DNA of 64,000 bases from Candidatus Thorarchaeota archaeon (GCA_019894665.1 JAGXOC010000004.1:5261-69260), one strand, 5' to 3'; positions 28,751 to 38,909 are shown, counted from the stretch's first letter. Notes: a model not told the origin generated them from the sequence alone. A program made the numbers and translations.

Positions 28751-29314
28751 CTATGGTCTATGCCATACAAAGGAGTAGTAGGCAATCTCGCCATTTTCTT
28801 TGACTGTGGCAATGATGAATTTCTTCCTCACACTTGTTGCCAGGCGGCCTGCACGAACAATATCAAGTGGAACAACACCTTTCCTCTGAGGAATCACATG
28901 CACTAGAAAGGGAGCGTGATCTTTTCCAGGACCATGTAGGTATACAGCAAAATCGGTCCCAAACTTCAGTCCAGGCCGTACAATATATCCTCGTTCGCGC
29001 AGTTGTGAATACACAATAAATCGGTCTTTGAATTCATCAAAACACTCAGAACCTAGTTTGAGAAGATCCTCAACGCCCAAAATAGATTCGCCATCATGAT
29101 GTCGAACATTCAATCGCTTTTGTTGCGTGAGATATACACACTCAATCAATGATAGTTCTAGGGGTTTGTCAAAAACAGAAGACTTGGGTTTTCTAATTCC
29201 AACAGGTTGACCAAAGTAGCCTTCTTCATAGAGTTTCATACCGTGGTCGGGGTTCCACACTATTCCTCTATCGCCAACAAGTCTGGCATCTGCGATAGGG
29301 GAAGTTTCGTTCAA
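28751..29314 (-). CDS. endA: tRNA-splicing endonuclease
   Basis: C-terminal catalytic domain YSQLRERGYIVRPGLKFGTDFAVYLHGPGKDHAPFLVHVI with the His/Lys catalytic pattern of archaeal EndA. Confidence 0.8.
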   Translation of the reverse strand: MNETSPIADARLVGDRGIVWNPDHGMKLYEEGYFGQPVGIRKPKSSVFDKPLELSLIECVYLTQQKRLNVRHHDGESILGVEDLLKLGSECFDEFKDRFIVYSQLRERGYIVRPGLKFGTDFAVYLHGPGKDHAPFLVHVIPQRKGVVPLDIVRAGRLATSVRKKFIIATVKENGEIAYYSFVWHRP

Positions 29315-29332
29315 TTCATAGCACCGACTATT

Positions 29333-30004
29333 TCAAGTGTTGAGTGTTAATGAAAGGGTCCGGATGACTAATGCTGCGTCTTCACTGAAGTTAGCTATAT
29401 CCTCTAGCATATTGACGAAATCACGGAATCTTAACAACACAGCCAGTGGAATATCTAATGGGTACAATAGAGACACTATCATTCTCTGAACCACATCAAT
29501 TTGTTTCTCGATTTTGCATATCTCCTCAGCACGTTTCTTAGATTCCTCCATGTTGATAGAGAGGAATCGCACTGCCTCACGTTGTTCAGTGACCTGAGAG
29601 CTCATCAGCTTTCCAAGCTGCCTTATGTGCTCTTTCAATTCACCATCGGGAGTCCACTGACTGATAACGGCGGCCAAGTGGTAACATGCGATTTCGGCAC
29701 CATCAATGGACTTGTCATTATAATGTACAAGCTTGAGAAGATCCTCACGCTGCATCAGGGAGTTTGCTTTTGCTAATTCAGTTAGAATAGTACGCTTCAG
29801 GGTATCGCCTTTTTCTTCCAGAGCTGTGATCTTATCTAGTTCTTCCTTGTCAATAGACTTCTTTCCTTCAAGCCAATCAGTGATTGAATTGACTACTATC
29901 TTGTTGGCTGATACAGTCACACGAAAATGCTCTTCCAACATCTGTGTGATGTTTCCTAACTCCGAACTCATGAACCTATCATTATCAAGAACCATTACGT
30001 GCAC
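29333..30004 (-). CDS. DUF47/PhoU-like helical protein
   Basis: 223 aa, all helical, with a pattern similar to TIGR00153-type PhoU-related proteins. Confidence 0.35.
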   Translation of the reverse strand: MHVMVLDNDRFMSSELGNITQMLEEHFRVTVSANKIVVNSITDWLEGKKSIDKEELDKITALEEKGDTLKRTILTELAKANSLMQREDLLKLVHYNDKSIDGAEIACYHLAAVISQWTPDGELKEHIRQLGKLMSSQVTEQREAVRFLSINMEESKKRAEEICKIEKQIDVVQRMIVSLLYPLDIPLAVLLRFRDFVNMLEDIANFSEDAALVIRTLSLTLNT

Positions 30005-30078
30005 CCTAACTAAGCTGGAGTCGATTGGAGTAGCTTTTTAATTCTTCTGGACTACGACCACAACAGGAGAAAGGAATA

Positions 30079-30876
30079 GTGGAGCTCTGGCAGATAATTG
30101 TAGCCCTCATCCAAGGACTTGTAGAATGGCTTCCAATAAGCAGTGAGGGCCAAGTTGTCTTGTTCTTGTATAACTTCACTCCAGTCCCCCCAGATCAAAT
30201 AATCTCTCTCGTAGTATGGCTTCATCTTGGAACTGCATTAGCAGTAGTTGTTCGATACCCACGGGTCATTTTTGATATATTGAGCCTCAAAGACAAGAAA
30301 CTCTTGAGAATCCTTCTTGTTGCTACATTAAGCACCGCCATCACAGCTGTACCGCTCTATTTCTTTCTGAAGGACAATCTAGCACCTGTACATGGGGAAC
30401 TACTGAACATACTTGTAGGCGTTTTACTCTTGGTCACAGCAATTGTGTTGTACCTTCCGACCAGACGAGAAGAAGAGGATGCAGCAGACACTGAAAGGGA
30501 TGTTGAAAACAAAGAAGCCGCCACTACAGGTCTTGTTCAGGGTTTGGCAGTCTTGCCGGGGTTGAGCAGATCAGGAGTGACCATCTCAGCACTACTGATG
30601 CAGAGGATAGACAAAGAAACTGCGATGAAATTCAGTTTTCTGATGAGTGTCCCAGCAGTGTTGGCTATTCTTCTCCTAGAGATAATCACGGGAAGTACAC
30701 TTCCTTCAGGAGTTGGAACACTGGATCTTATCATCATCGAAGGTATTGTTTTTGTGACTGGTCTTGCATCAATGGAAGTCCTATTGAGACTGGCAAGAAG
30801 AATCAGTTTTTGGAAATTATGTCTTGTACTCTCAGTCGTGGCAATTCTATTTGGTATTCCTGCTTTGATATCGTAG
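30079..30876 (+). CDS. uppP: Undecaprenyl-diphosphatase (UppP/BacA family)
   Basis: N-terminal motif EWLPISSEGQ (compare EFLPVSSSGH); eight TM helices; 265 aa. Confidence 0.75.
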   Translation: MELWQIIVALIQGLVEWLPISSEGQVVLFLYNFTPVPPDQIISLVVWLHLGTALAVVVRYPRVIFDILSLKDKKLLRILLVATLSTAITAVPLYFFLKDNLAPVHGELLNILVGVLLLVTAIVLYLPTRREEEDAADTERDVENKEAATTGLVQGLAVLPGLSRSGVTISALLMQRIDKETAMKFSFLMSVPAVLAILLLEIITGSTLPSGVGTLDLIIIEGIVFVTGLASMEVLLRLARRISFWKLCLVLSVVAILFGIPALIS

Positions 30877-30882
30877 TAGTTC

Positions 30883-31602
30883 CTACTCAGTCCGTTTCTG
30901 GAACATTATGGCAATAGGAGCGTTAGCCTTACGCCACTCCGCAAGCTTACCTTCATAATTGAGTGGAATTGGATGCCGACCATGATTGCCCACTACAATG
31001 AATAATGTGCCCACTCGTGCTTGCTTGAGTAGCACCTTGATCCAGTTATCAGTCCGCCGGACAATCTTCTCAAGAAGGGTCTTAGGGGGAGTTCTGTGGC
31101 CATATTGTGCATAGAGACTTTCGAAGTCTAAGAAGTGGAGATACAGAAGTTCATTCTTGAAGATGTGTTTTGTAGCCTCAATATACGTGGCCATGTCATC
31201 ACGGGGACGTACAGTATAGACCTCGTCGAATCCACAAATTTCCATATCTTCCTCTCTACAAATAACCTGAGTTGCCTTGCCGAAGTTTTTGACATATTGG
31301 ATGAGATGGAAGTCGGTTCTGTGTCCTTTCAGGAGTCTTTTGATGAGTGGTATTGCGTATGGATTAGTAGTTTCAAGAAGCGCCAAGACCTCCATGTTCT
31401 TGATGAGTGCTTCAGGTTTGTACACTACTGCTTCGAAAAGTCCGAAGTTATCTATCATTATAATGACTACAGACTTTGGGTTGAACTTCTGAAGTAACTC
31501 TTCATTTGGAGGAAAGAGTCCTTCAGGAACCTCTATTCCTAGTAGTTTCAAGACTGTGGCAGGAAACTCCAGTGCAGTAGTTCGGACCTGTGGAAACGAC
31601 AT
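30883..31602 (-). CDS. Alkaline-phosphatase-superfamily (metalloenzyme-domain-like) protein
   Basis: C-terminal VVGNHGRHP resembles the metal-binding GDHG/ADHGN region of the phosphopentomutase/iPGM core. The call is weak. Confidence 0.3.
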   Translation of the reverse strand: MSFPQVRTTALEFPATVLKLLGIEVPEGLFPPNEELLQKFNPKSVVIIMIDNFGLFEAVVYKPEALIKNMEVLALLETTNPYAIPLIKRLLKGHRTDFHLIQYVKNFGKATQVICREEDMEICGFDEVYTVRPRDDMATYIEATKHIFKNELLYLHFLDFESLYAQYGHRTPPKTLLEKIVRRTDNWIKVLLKQARVGTLFIVVGNHGRHPIPLNYEGKLAEWRKANAPIAIMFQKRTE

Positions 31603-31667
31603 TCAACTTTCCTCGGGAGTATTCCTGTGGGGGTTCATGCATGCCCTTCAAGAAGTTTGCGTAAAGC

Positions 31668-32741
31668 GTGCGGATTACCGTGCTTCAGCCATCGTTTTAT
31701 TCTTCAAGCTTCTTTAACCTATGGTCTATGGAAGAGTTAAATAACTTCACGGAGGGTCGGAGCCATAGAGGCAGGCCAATGACCTTACGGGACATAATAT
31801 ACAAGGACACAGTCAAGTTTATCCTCTCAGGAGGAAAAGGCGGGGTTGGAAAGACTAGTAGTGCTGGTGCAATGGCAGTATTGTCAGCGCAGCATGGTTT
31901 CCGAACGCTTGTGCTCTCCACTGACCCAGCACATAGTCTCAGTGATAGCTTTGACCAAAATCTATCCGGCGGGGAGATTATACTAATTGAAGGATTCGAC
32001 AATCTTTGGGGGATGGAGATAAACACTGAGAAAGGGATGGAAGAGTTCCAACAAGTAATGGGTGACGGTGCTGTTGGTCCAGAGGCACAAATGGCTGCAG
32101 GCTTGATGGGAGATATGACAGGAATGGCACCTCCAGGTTCAGACGAAGCAATGGCTTTTGGGAAGATCCTCGAGTTTATTGAAGACTCATCCTATGACCG
32201 TATAATCTTTGACACTGCTCCCACAGGTCACACTCTCAAACTGCTTGAACTACCAGACCTTCTTGATAGCTGGCTTGGTAAGATTCTCACTATGCGCCAG
32301 CGACTCGGTTCAATGATGGGGTCGCTTCGAGGAATGCTAGGCGGTGATGATCAAGAGGATAATTCATGGCAGATGATCCAACAGACTAAGGATAAGATTC
32401 GCGCCGCAAGGATTGAGCTCTCCGATCCAGATACAACACAATTTGTAGTTGTTATGATTCCTGAAGCTATGGCAGTCTTTGAAACTCAGAGACTTCTCAC
32501 AAGCCTAAATTCCTGGCACATTCCTGCAACGCATATGATCATCAATCAGCTTGTTCCTACGAACCCATCATGTGACTTCTGTTCCAAAAGGTTCGAGATG
32601 CAACAGTCCAATCTCAAAGATATCCAGGAGCTATATTCAGATATGGACCTAACAGAGGTTCCGCTCTTCGATGGTGAAATAAGAGGTGTTGAAGGTCTTA
32701 CTAAGTTAGGAAGGATACTGATTGGCGAAGAGGTCGATTGA
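31668..32741 (+). CDS. ArsA/Get3-family ATPase (TRC40/Get3 homologue with CxxC motif)
   Basis: P-loop GGKGGVGKT and signature DTAPTGHTLKLLELP. C-terminal CDFC pair as in Get3. The start may be the internal Met at 31728 or 31779. Confidence 0.85.
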   Translation: MRITVLQPSFYSSSFFNLWSMEELNNFTEGRSHRGRPMTLRDIIYKDTVKFILSGGKGGVGKTSSAGAMAVLSAQHGFRTLVLSTDPAHSLSDSFDQNLSGGEIILIEGFDNLWGMEINTEKGMEEFQQVMGDGAVGPEAQMAAGLMGDMTGMAPPGSDEAMAFGKILEFIEDSSYDRIIFDTAPTGHTLKLLELPDLLDSWLGKILTMRQRLGSMMGSLRGMLGGDDQEDNSWQMIQQTKDKIRAARIELSDPDTTQFVVVMIPEAMAVFETQRLLTSLNSWHIPATHMIINQLVPTNPSCDFCSKRFEMQQSNLKDIQELYSDMDLTEVPLFDGEIRGVEGLTKLGRILIGEEVD

Positions 32742-33068
32742 AAATGAAACGCACTCTAAAAATCAAGGGAGCGGCATGTTGTTTGATATTCCTTTTCCTA
32801 GCATCATTTGCAATTGTCATTTACAACATATACAGACCTTGAATTAGGGCAGTAAAAAACTAGACACCCTTGACACGTTTAACGACTGGAGGACGGAGCT
32901 TGTACAGAATTCTGCCTCCACAGTATGGACATTTCACACCAGGGAGAGTTTTGAGACCCTCAGGGGTTACCTCTTTCTTACATTTGTGGCACATGTACAC
33001 CAAATTGAATTTCAGCTCCAATTATCCCTAAAAAAAACCAGTCCATATGAAGCTTTTCTTAGGACATA

Positions 33069-34727
33069 TCAGTCGTGTGAAGGTTCATCCACGACTTCTC
33101 CGGTGACAAGACCACTGCTTAGTACGCTTGTAACTTTGACAGAGAGGAGAGTACCTGCTGAAAATCCACCCGGGACTGTCATAAGCGGTCCCTCTTCAAG
33201 GGGATAGATCATGGTGAATCCGTGGTGTGTCCTTGATGGCTCTGCAGCTATCCCTCGCACCACCTTTTCGAGGTATTGTTCCTTCTTTTGAAGATTGATT
33301 GTTTCAGCCTCGGTCCGTAAAATCTGTCCGAATTCGTCCTTGAGAGAGGACTCAGGATACTTTGCAAAGGCAGAGCCTGGCAATGATCGAAAACCATACA
33401 GGATTATTCTCTCTGCACCGGCTTCACTCACACTGCGCATCATTTGAACAGATTGCTCGGTTGTCTCAGCGGTCTCACCAGGGAGACCGTATATCAAGTA
33501 AACAAAGGGTTTCATATCATGAGCTTTTGCAACCTTGACTGCACGAACGACATCTTCTGGACTTCCACACTTTCCAATCTGACGCATATGATATTCAGAC
33601 CCGGTCTCGAGGCCGATATTAGGAGAGCTAGATCTCATTGATTTCTTCATTGTTTCTGCAACCTCATCAGTGAAGAGGCATGCCTTCATATTCTCAATAG
33701 CAATGTGAACATTCCCTTCAGAGACCTGAGGAAGGGAGTTTAATCTACCAAGAAGGTCTTCAATCGCAGACAAATTTGCTGGTGGATGACACGGGTTTGT
33801 CAAGGGCGTGGTTCCGCGCATGTAGTCCAAAAAGCCGGGTGCCTCCAGTATCACTCGGTGAACACCCAGGTCAAGTAGTTCCTTAACCTCACTAAGAATG
33901 GAATCAGCAGATCGACTACGGGGAGACCCCCAGGTACCTGGAACACTACAGAAACCACATCCTGGCGGAATGTCTTCAGGACACTCGATTCGTTTCGAAG
34001 AATCCTCGGAATCACAATTACTGCATTCTGAACACAGTGTGCCATCAGCAAGTGGGTACTTTGTCCTCCTGAAATTCGAGCATCCACGAAGTATCTCAAC
34101 ATAGACCTTACAGGCTTGATAGGCATTGTAATCAATGATTCTAGAAGTTGATGGATAGAATCTCTCTGACAGTTCTTCTGTTGAGATCAAATCGCGTTTA
34201 TTGGTAATTCTAGGTTTGTCTGATTCAAGAAAAGCAATCCCGTGGATATCGGCGAGTGCTACATCTTCCTCTAGGAAATTGCTCTCTAGCAATTCATCAA
34301 GAGTGGCTTCACCCTCACCAATAACAAGGACATCAGGCCGAATCTGTTTGAGTATGTTTTCAGGATCAGCCGCAATTGGACCGCCAAGAAGAACCCTGCC
34401 TTGTTGTCGAAAATGTCTCCAGAGCTTGACCATCTTCTGAACTGCGACTTGGTCCATGGTCATAGCACTTACTGCGAGATGATCAAACCGTTTCAGAGCA
34501 CCTCTCTTTGGGAGAACCTCATCTACTCTACGAATGGTACACTGAATTCCATGTTTTTCAAACACGCCAGCAACCGCACGAGGACCACATCCGATGGAAT
34601 CTCTGGAGCTGGTTCGTTGTCCTGAGCCTGCACTCAGGGCATCAACGATTAGTACACGACCCGACATTATTGACATGTGTTGTGTTAGTAGCGGGCTCTT
34701 TACTGTTACCCAGCAACAAATTTGCAC
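33069..34727 (-). CDS. Radical SAM protein with C-terminal TRAM domain (MiaB/RimO-related) and N-terminal Rossmann-like domain
   Basis: Cluster-loop region ILRGC-(40 aa)-CGFC and a C-terminal TRAM beta-barrel (PGGFSAGTLLSVKVTSV...GEVV). 552 aa. Confidence 0.55.
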   Translation of the reverse strand: MQICCWVTVKSPLLTQHMSIMSGRVLIVDALSAGSGQRTSSRDSIGCGPRAVAGVFEKHGIQCTIRRVDEVLPKRGALKRFDHLAVSAMTMDQVAVQKMVKLWRHFRQQGRVLLGGPIAADPENILKQIRPDVLVIGEGEATLDELLESNFLEEDVALADIHGIAFLESDKPRITNKRDLISTEELSERFYPSTSRIIDYNAYQACKVYVEILRGCSNFRRTKYPLADGTLCSECSNCDSEDSSKRIECPEDIPPGCGFCSVPGTWGSPRSRSADSILSEVKELLDLGVHRVILEAPGFLDYMRGTTPLTNPCHPPANLSAIEDLLGRLNSLPQVSEGNVHIAIENMKACLFTDEVAETMKKSMRSSSPNIGLETGSEYHMRQIGKCGSPEDVVRAVKVAKAHDMKPFVYLIYGLPGETAETTEQSVQMMRSVSEAGAERIILYGFRSLPGSAFAKYPESSLKDEFGQILRTEAETINLQKKEQYLEKVVRGIAAEPSRTHHGFTMIYPLEEGPLMTVPGGFSAGTLLSVKVTSVLSSGLVTGEVVDEPSHD

Positions 34728-34810
34728 TTACTCATAGCACTTTTAAGGCGCTACGAACAAACCCTAGTCCGGCACAATAATTTAGTCAAAACTAAGGAGT
34801 ATAATGCTGA

Positions 34811-35155
34811 GTGAGCGACGACGACGGCGGAATTTGCCCAAATTGCGGATTGCCTACGGACCTGTGTGTCTGCGAAACCATCGCACAGGAAGAGGCAAGG
34901 ATTGCTGTAACTGTTGAAAGACGCAAGTGGGGAAGACTCACCACTTGCATAAGCGGCTTCGATAAAAATATCGATATAGGCGAGTTGGCAACAAAGCTAA
35001 AAAGTAAGCTTGCCTGCGGTGGAGCCGCAAAACACGGGCAGGTCGAACTTCAGGGAGACCACCGAGGAGTCATCCAAGGGGTACTTGCCAAGCTAGGATT
35101 CCCAGAAGAAATGGTCCAAATAGATTGGACTTTCCAGAGAAGAGGAAGAAGGTAA
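34811..35155 (+). CDS. Translation initiation factor aSUI1 (eIF1 homologue) with N-terminal zinc ribbon
   Basis: CPNCGLPTDLCVC followed by the SUI1 domain (VTVERRKWGRLTTCISGF...QGDHRGVIQGVLAKLGF). Confidence 0.85.
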   Translation: MSDDDGGICPNCGLPTDLCVCETIAQEEARIAVTVERRKWGRLTTCISGFDKNIDIGELATKLKSKLACGGAAKHGQVELQGDHRGVIQGVLAKLGFPEEMVQIDWTFQRRGRR

Positions 35156-35530
35156 CGATCTCGGGTAACCCCTTCGGGGGGGTCGTAACCAGCTGCAATG
35201 ATTTTGGACAATCTTGGACATCTCTTTAACCAAAGACCATCTTTTCTGCAGGGGCTTATATTCAAAGACAAGTTACTAGTAGCTGTAGTGTCAATCCAGG
35301 ACGAGAGCCAAGTCCTAGGATCAATCTACAGTCGCCGCGAGTTGCACGGAGACGATAAACGCCTGCTGGAGAGGTCGTAAGACGGCAAAGGTCCTTCGGG
35401 AGCTTGACGCTGCCTCGATGAATCAGGAACCGAACATCGATCACAGGATATCATGTCCAAGATTGGATAAGTTTCGGGCAACGGTCTATCCACTATCGGT
35501 TTGATGGCAGAAGTTGTATGAAAGTTAGTC

Positions 35531-36505
35531 CTAACGCATTCCTATAATCATCGAGTCGATTCCTAGCTTTTTCACGATTTCCTTGTATCGATTCCGGACT
35601 GTTACTTCAGTGACGCGAGCGACCTCAGCAATCTCACGCTGAGTTCTACGCTCATCAAGCATGATTGAAGCGACATAGATAGCTGCAGCCGCTAAACCTA
35701 GAGGGTCGCGACCAATTGTGAGACCGATATTCCTACTTTGCTGAAGAATCTCCACAGTTCTCAATTGTACTGGGCTCGATAGGGACAACTGAGATGCAAA
35801 ACGGGAGATATAGTCAATTGGGTTGCTCAGCGGTACTTTGATGGCCAGACTCCGGTGAAGTAATCGATAGCACTGACCAAGCTTCTTCTTATCGATACGG
35901 GATGCATCGGCAATCTCATCCAAAGGACGAGGTTTCAGTCTGATCCTACATGCCGCGTACAGGGTTGCTGCAACCATGGCCTCGATAGACCGACCTCTCA
36001 CTAGTTTCTTGATGATTGATTTACGATACAGCAACGCTGCCAATTCACGGATTGGACCAGGAATTCCCAGTTGGGAGGATAGACGCTCAAGTTCGGACAT
36101 TGCTTGTGCCAAATTCCTATCCATTGAACTGTGAACACGAGACCGTATCTGCCATTTTCTAAGTCGGTAAATCTCAGAACGCCTCGAAGGACTGAGTTTC
36201 TTTCCTGATGTGTCTCGATCTCTCCAATCAATCACAGTCGAGAGGCCTTTGTCATGGACGGTATACCTAACCGGCGCTCCGACGCGGCTACGAGCATTGC
36301 TCTCTTCAGAGCTGAAAGCCCGCCATTCTGCACCGGTGTCAATCCTATGGTCCGATAGCACCAGTCCGCATCCACCGCAGACCTGCTCGCCCCTAGCTAT
36401 GTCTTCAATGACTGATTTGGAACTACACTCAGAACAAGCTTTCTGTTCCTTGCTCGCTTCTGAAACGGTACTCTTTCTATCAGTAATATCACGCGCTCGG
36501 TCCAA
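35531..36505 (-). CDS. tfb: Transcription initiation factor IIB (TFB), copy 2
   Basis: Zinc ribbon CSECSS...CGGCG and two cyclin folds (AAAIYVASIMLDERRTQREIAEVARVTEVTVRNRYK). Confidence 0.9.
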   Translation of the reverse strand: MDRARDITDRKSTVSEASKEQKACSECSSKSVIEDIARGEQVCGGCGLVLSDHRIDTGAEWRAFSSEESNARSRVGAPVRYTVHDKGLSTVIDWRDRDTSGKKLSPSRRSEIYRLRKWQIRSRVHSSMDRNLAQAMSELERLSSQLGIPGPIRELAALLYRKSIIKKLVRGRSIEAMVAATLYAACRIRLKPRPLDEIADASRIDKKKLGQCYRLLHRSLAIKVPLSNPIDYISRFASQLSLSSPVQLRTVEILQQSRNIGLTIGRDPLGLAAAAIYVASIMLDERRTQREIAEVARVTEVTVRNRYKEIVKKLGIDSMIIGMR

Positions 36506-36695
36506 TGCCTCTCCTCCGCAGTAGTTGGAACCGGTACAAAACCGTCAGTATTCACTGCTAGTCATTGTATTGAAGACAGTCTCCCGGAAACCCACAATGA
36601 AACATTAGAAATCTATTCTTTTAATTGTTCTGAATTAAACGATGGAGCCTTCGGCGCATCACGATGCTTGTTTGCACATGCACAGAAGTATCGGG

Positions 36696-37628
36696 TTATG
36701 TTGTCTTTTCATGACCTCTCTCTGTGATGATGACGGTATGCTCATGTTGAGAAACAAATTCTCCCTTTTCTTCAGCAAGAATACTATGCCCGAAAAGTGC
36801 ACCGTTCTTTTCCAATTCCTTGATGGCCATCTCGAGTGAGCCAGGTGACATACGTTCTGCAATCCATCGTTTGGCAAATGGAAACTCTTTGTACTCTTTC
36901 CTGGCAATCCCCAGGAATTGTCTTGTCCCTTTGAACCGTACAGGAACTCTAACGGGGAGAAGCTGGTATATCAAAGGTCGTGGCAAATCAGTAATATTTC
37001 CAGAACCAGTACTGGCAAATGTTTCTATTGCATAAGCCTCGCCCTCTTCAACAAGTACCTCAGATTTCCCTGATACGCATGGTACCTGCTTGTCTGCGTG
37101 AAGCTCATACTCCTTCAACTGGTGTCCGGAAAGTTGTTTTATTGGTTCAAATCCAGCGGCCTGAATCGTGTCTTCAATCAATGCACCAATAGAATTCAGT
37201 TTGGCACCTGGACGCATCATCTGAATGGCAACGTCAGTGGCGTCAGCTGCGGCTTTGACAAGGGCTTCATGGTCCGGATTGAGGGCTATTGTGAATGCAG
37301 TATCAGCAATACAACCATCTACATGAGTGCCACAATCGACTGTCACAAGATCACCCTCTTCAATGACTGTTTCATCTTTGAGTGGGGATGTGTAATGTGC
37401 AGCAATATTGTTCAATGCCACATTGCACGGAAAAGATGTGCCTGATGAGTTCTCACGGATGTAATTCTCTACCGTGTCAATGATGTCAATGACCTTTGTT
37501 CCTGGTTTCACCATGGGTCGAGCCAAGTCTAGGGCTTCACGAGCAACTACACCCGCACGGCGCCATTTGTCCCAGGAATATTCTGATTCGTCAGCTTCAG
37601 TTTTGTCAACGGGCTTATCATCTGCCAT
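36696..37628 (-). CDS. map: Methionine aminopeptidase, type 2 (archaeal MetAP)
   Basis: M24A pita-bread fold with D/D/H/E/E metal-ligand spacing. About 295-aa core plus an acidic N-terminal extension of roughly 15 aa. Confidence 0.85.
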   Translation of the reverse strand: MADDKPVDKTEADESEYSWDKWRRAGVVAREALDLARPMVKPGTKVIDIIDTVENYIRENSSGTSFPCNVALNNIAAHYTSPLKDETVIEEGDLVTVDCGTHVDGCIADTAFTIALNPDHEALVKAAADATDVAIQMMRPGAKLNSIGALIEDTIQAAGFEPIKQLSGHQLKEYELHADKQVPCVSGKSEVLVEEGEAYAIETFASTGSGNITDLPRPLIYQLLPVRVPVRFKGTRQFLGIARKEYKEFPFAKRWIAERMSPGSLEMAIKELEKNGALFGHSILAEEKGEFVSQHEHTVIITERGHEKTT

Positions 37629-37688
37629 GATATCATCAACTAAGTAGCGCGTGCGGGGTTAGCCAGATAAGAGTGACGGAAAGACCAG

Positions 37689-38084
37689 CTATGAGAGAAC
37701 TTTCTCAATGCGTTTGGCAATACGGGTCATCATGAAGAACATGTAACCAATGTTAGCGCGTTTGGTCGTAAGGACGACAAGAATAGCATCGGCACCAGAA
37801 TCGCAGATGATGATATAACCAGTTTCACCCTCGATGAGCATTCTCACGAGGGGACCACGTTTGAGTTGTTTGAAGACCTTCCGTGTAGCTTCCTGTATCT
37901 GGGTGGTTCTTCCTGCAATCACATCCTCATCAGGGATACTCGCCTCTTCTGTCCCTTCAGGATAATGAGAACAAATCGTGAGACCCTGTGATTTCGAAAT
38001 GACAGCACTTGCTTCAACATTCCCTTGGGATGCTCGACTCAGATCCAATAGAAGCTCATTCAACATTTCGGTCTTTGAGGACAA
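37689..38084 (-). CDS. Roadblock/LC7-domain protein
   Basis: 131 aa with the alpha-beta-beta-alpha-beta fold pattern of Roadblock/MglB. Confidence 0.45.
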   Translation of the reverse strand: MSSKTEMLNELLLDLSRASQGNVEASAVISKSQGLTICSHYPEGTEEASIPDEDVIAGRTTQIQEATRKVFKQLKRGPLVRMLIEGETGYIIICDSGADAILVVLTTKRANIGYMFFMMTRIAKRIEKVLS

Positions 38085-38135
38085 TGTTTTGGAATCCTCC
38101 CATGGCGTCTTTGGTCCAAAAGGATTGTCAAGTAT

Positions 38136-38909
38136 TTAAACTCTCTTGGCGCCTGCTGCCTTGAGACCTTTAACTATCTTGGCTAGTTCTTCGCCACCGT
38201 CTTTCTGAACATGCTTTTCGATATACGTTCCCTGTACAACTATAGAAGCTCCAGCTTCTACAGCAGTCACAACTGATTTTTCATCGTTGAAACCACCGCC
38301 AGTAATCAATGGAATGTCTATTACCTTCGAAACGGTTCCAATCATCTCTGGTGGTACTCCACCACCTTCTGCGCCACTCCCAGCCTCTAGATAGACAAGT
38401 TTCATCCCAAGTAGTTCAGCAGCGATTGCATACATCGCAGGTAGTTTTGGTTTGTCCCTCAGGAAGGGCTTAGCATCACCAACCCAAGCCGCAGTCTTGC
38501 CTGGTGCCACCATGAGATACGCCATAGCAATGGTTTCAATCCCAGTGCGTTTGACCTGTGGTGCCGCAAGTGCTTGAGCCCCAATGATGTAGTAGGGATT
38601 GTTACTGTTCAGAAGCGACATGAAAAACATTGCATCTGCATGCTCTGAAACACCGGTTATGTTACCGGGGAACAAGATTGTCGGAATGTCTACTGCCTCA
38701 GTAATCTTTGAAACTGCATCATCAATGACTCCAAAGATTGTACTCCCTCCAATCATGAGCGCATCGCTACCAGCCTTCTCAGCTAGAGTGCCAAGCTCTA
38801 ACACATTCTCTATAGTTGTAGACAAAGGATCAGGATCGAGAAGTGTGAAGTGACAGGCACCTTCAGACTCCAGCTTTTCAGTAATGTACTTCCAAACCTT
38901 TCCGGCCAT
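38136..38909 (-). CDS. Geranylgeranylglyceryl phosphate synthase (GGGPS/PcrB family)
   Basis: TIM-barrel motifs IGGS...ILFPG...LVYLEAGSGA...ITGGG. The ORF extends to 38990, but the family N-terminus fits the MAGKVW start at 38909. Confidence 0.8.
   Translation of the reverse strand: MAGKVWKYITEKLESEGACHFTLLDPDPLSTTIENVLELGTLAEKAGSDALMIGGSTIFGVIDDAVSKITEAVDIPTILFPGNITGVSEHADAMFFMSLLNSNNPYYIIGAQALAAPQVKRTGIETIAMAYLMVAPGKTAAWVGDAKPFLRDKPKLPAMYAIAAELLGMKLVYLEAGSGAEGGGVPPEMIGTVSKVIDIPLITGGGFNDEKSVVTAVEAGASIVVQGTYIEKHVQKDGGEELAKIVKGLKAAGAKRV

Noticed and set aside
35160-35190. CCCC-TTCG-GGGG hairpin after SUI1 as a Rho-independent terminator
   Set aside because: Archaeal termination uses oligo-T tracts and no T-run follows. 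It is kept only as a possible RNA structure under findings.
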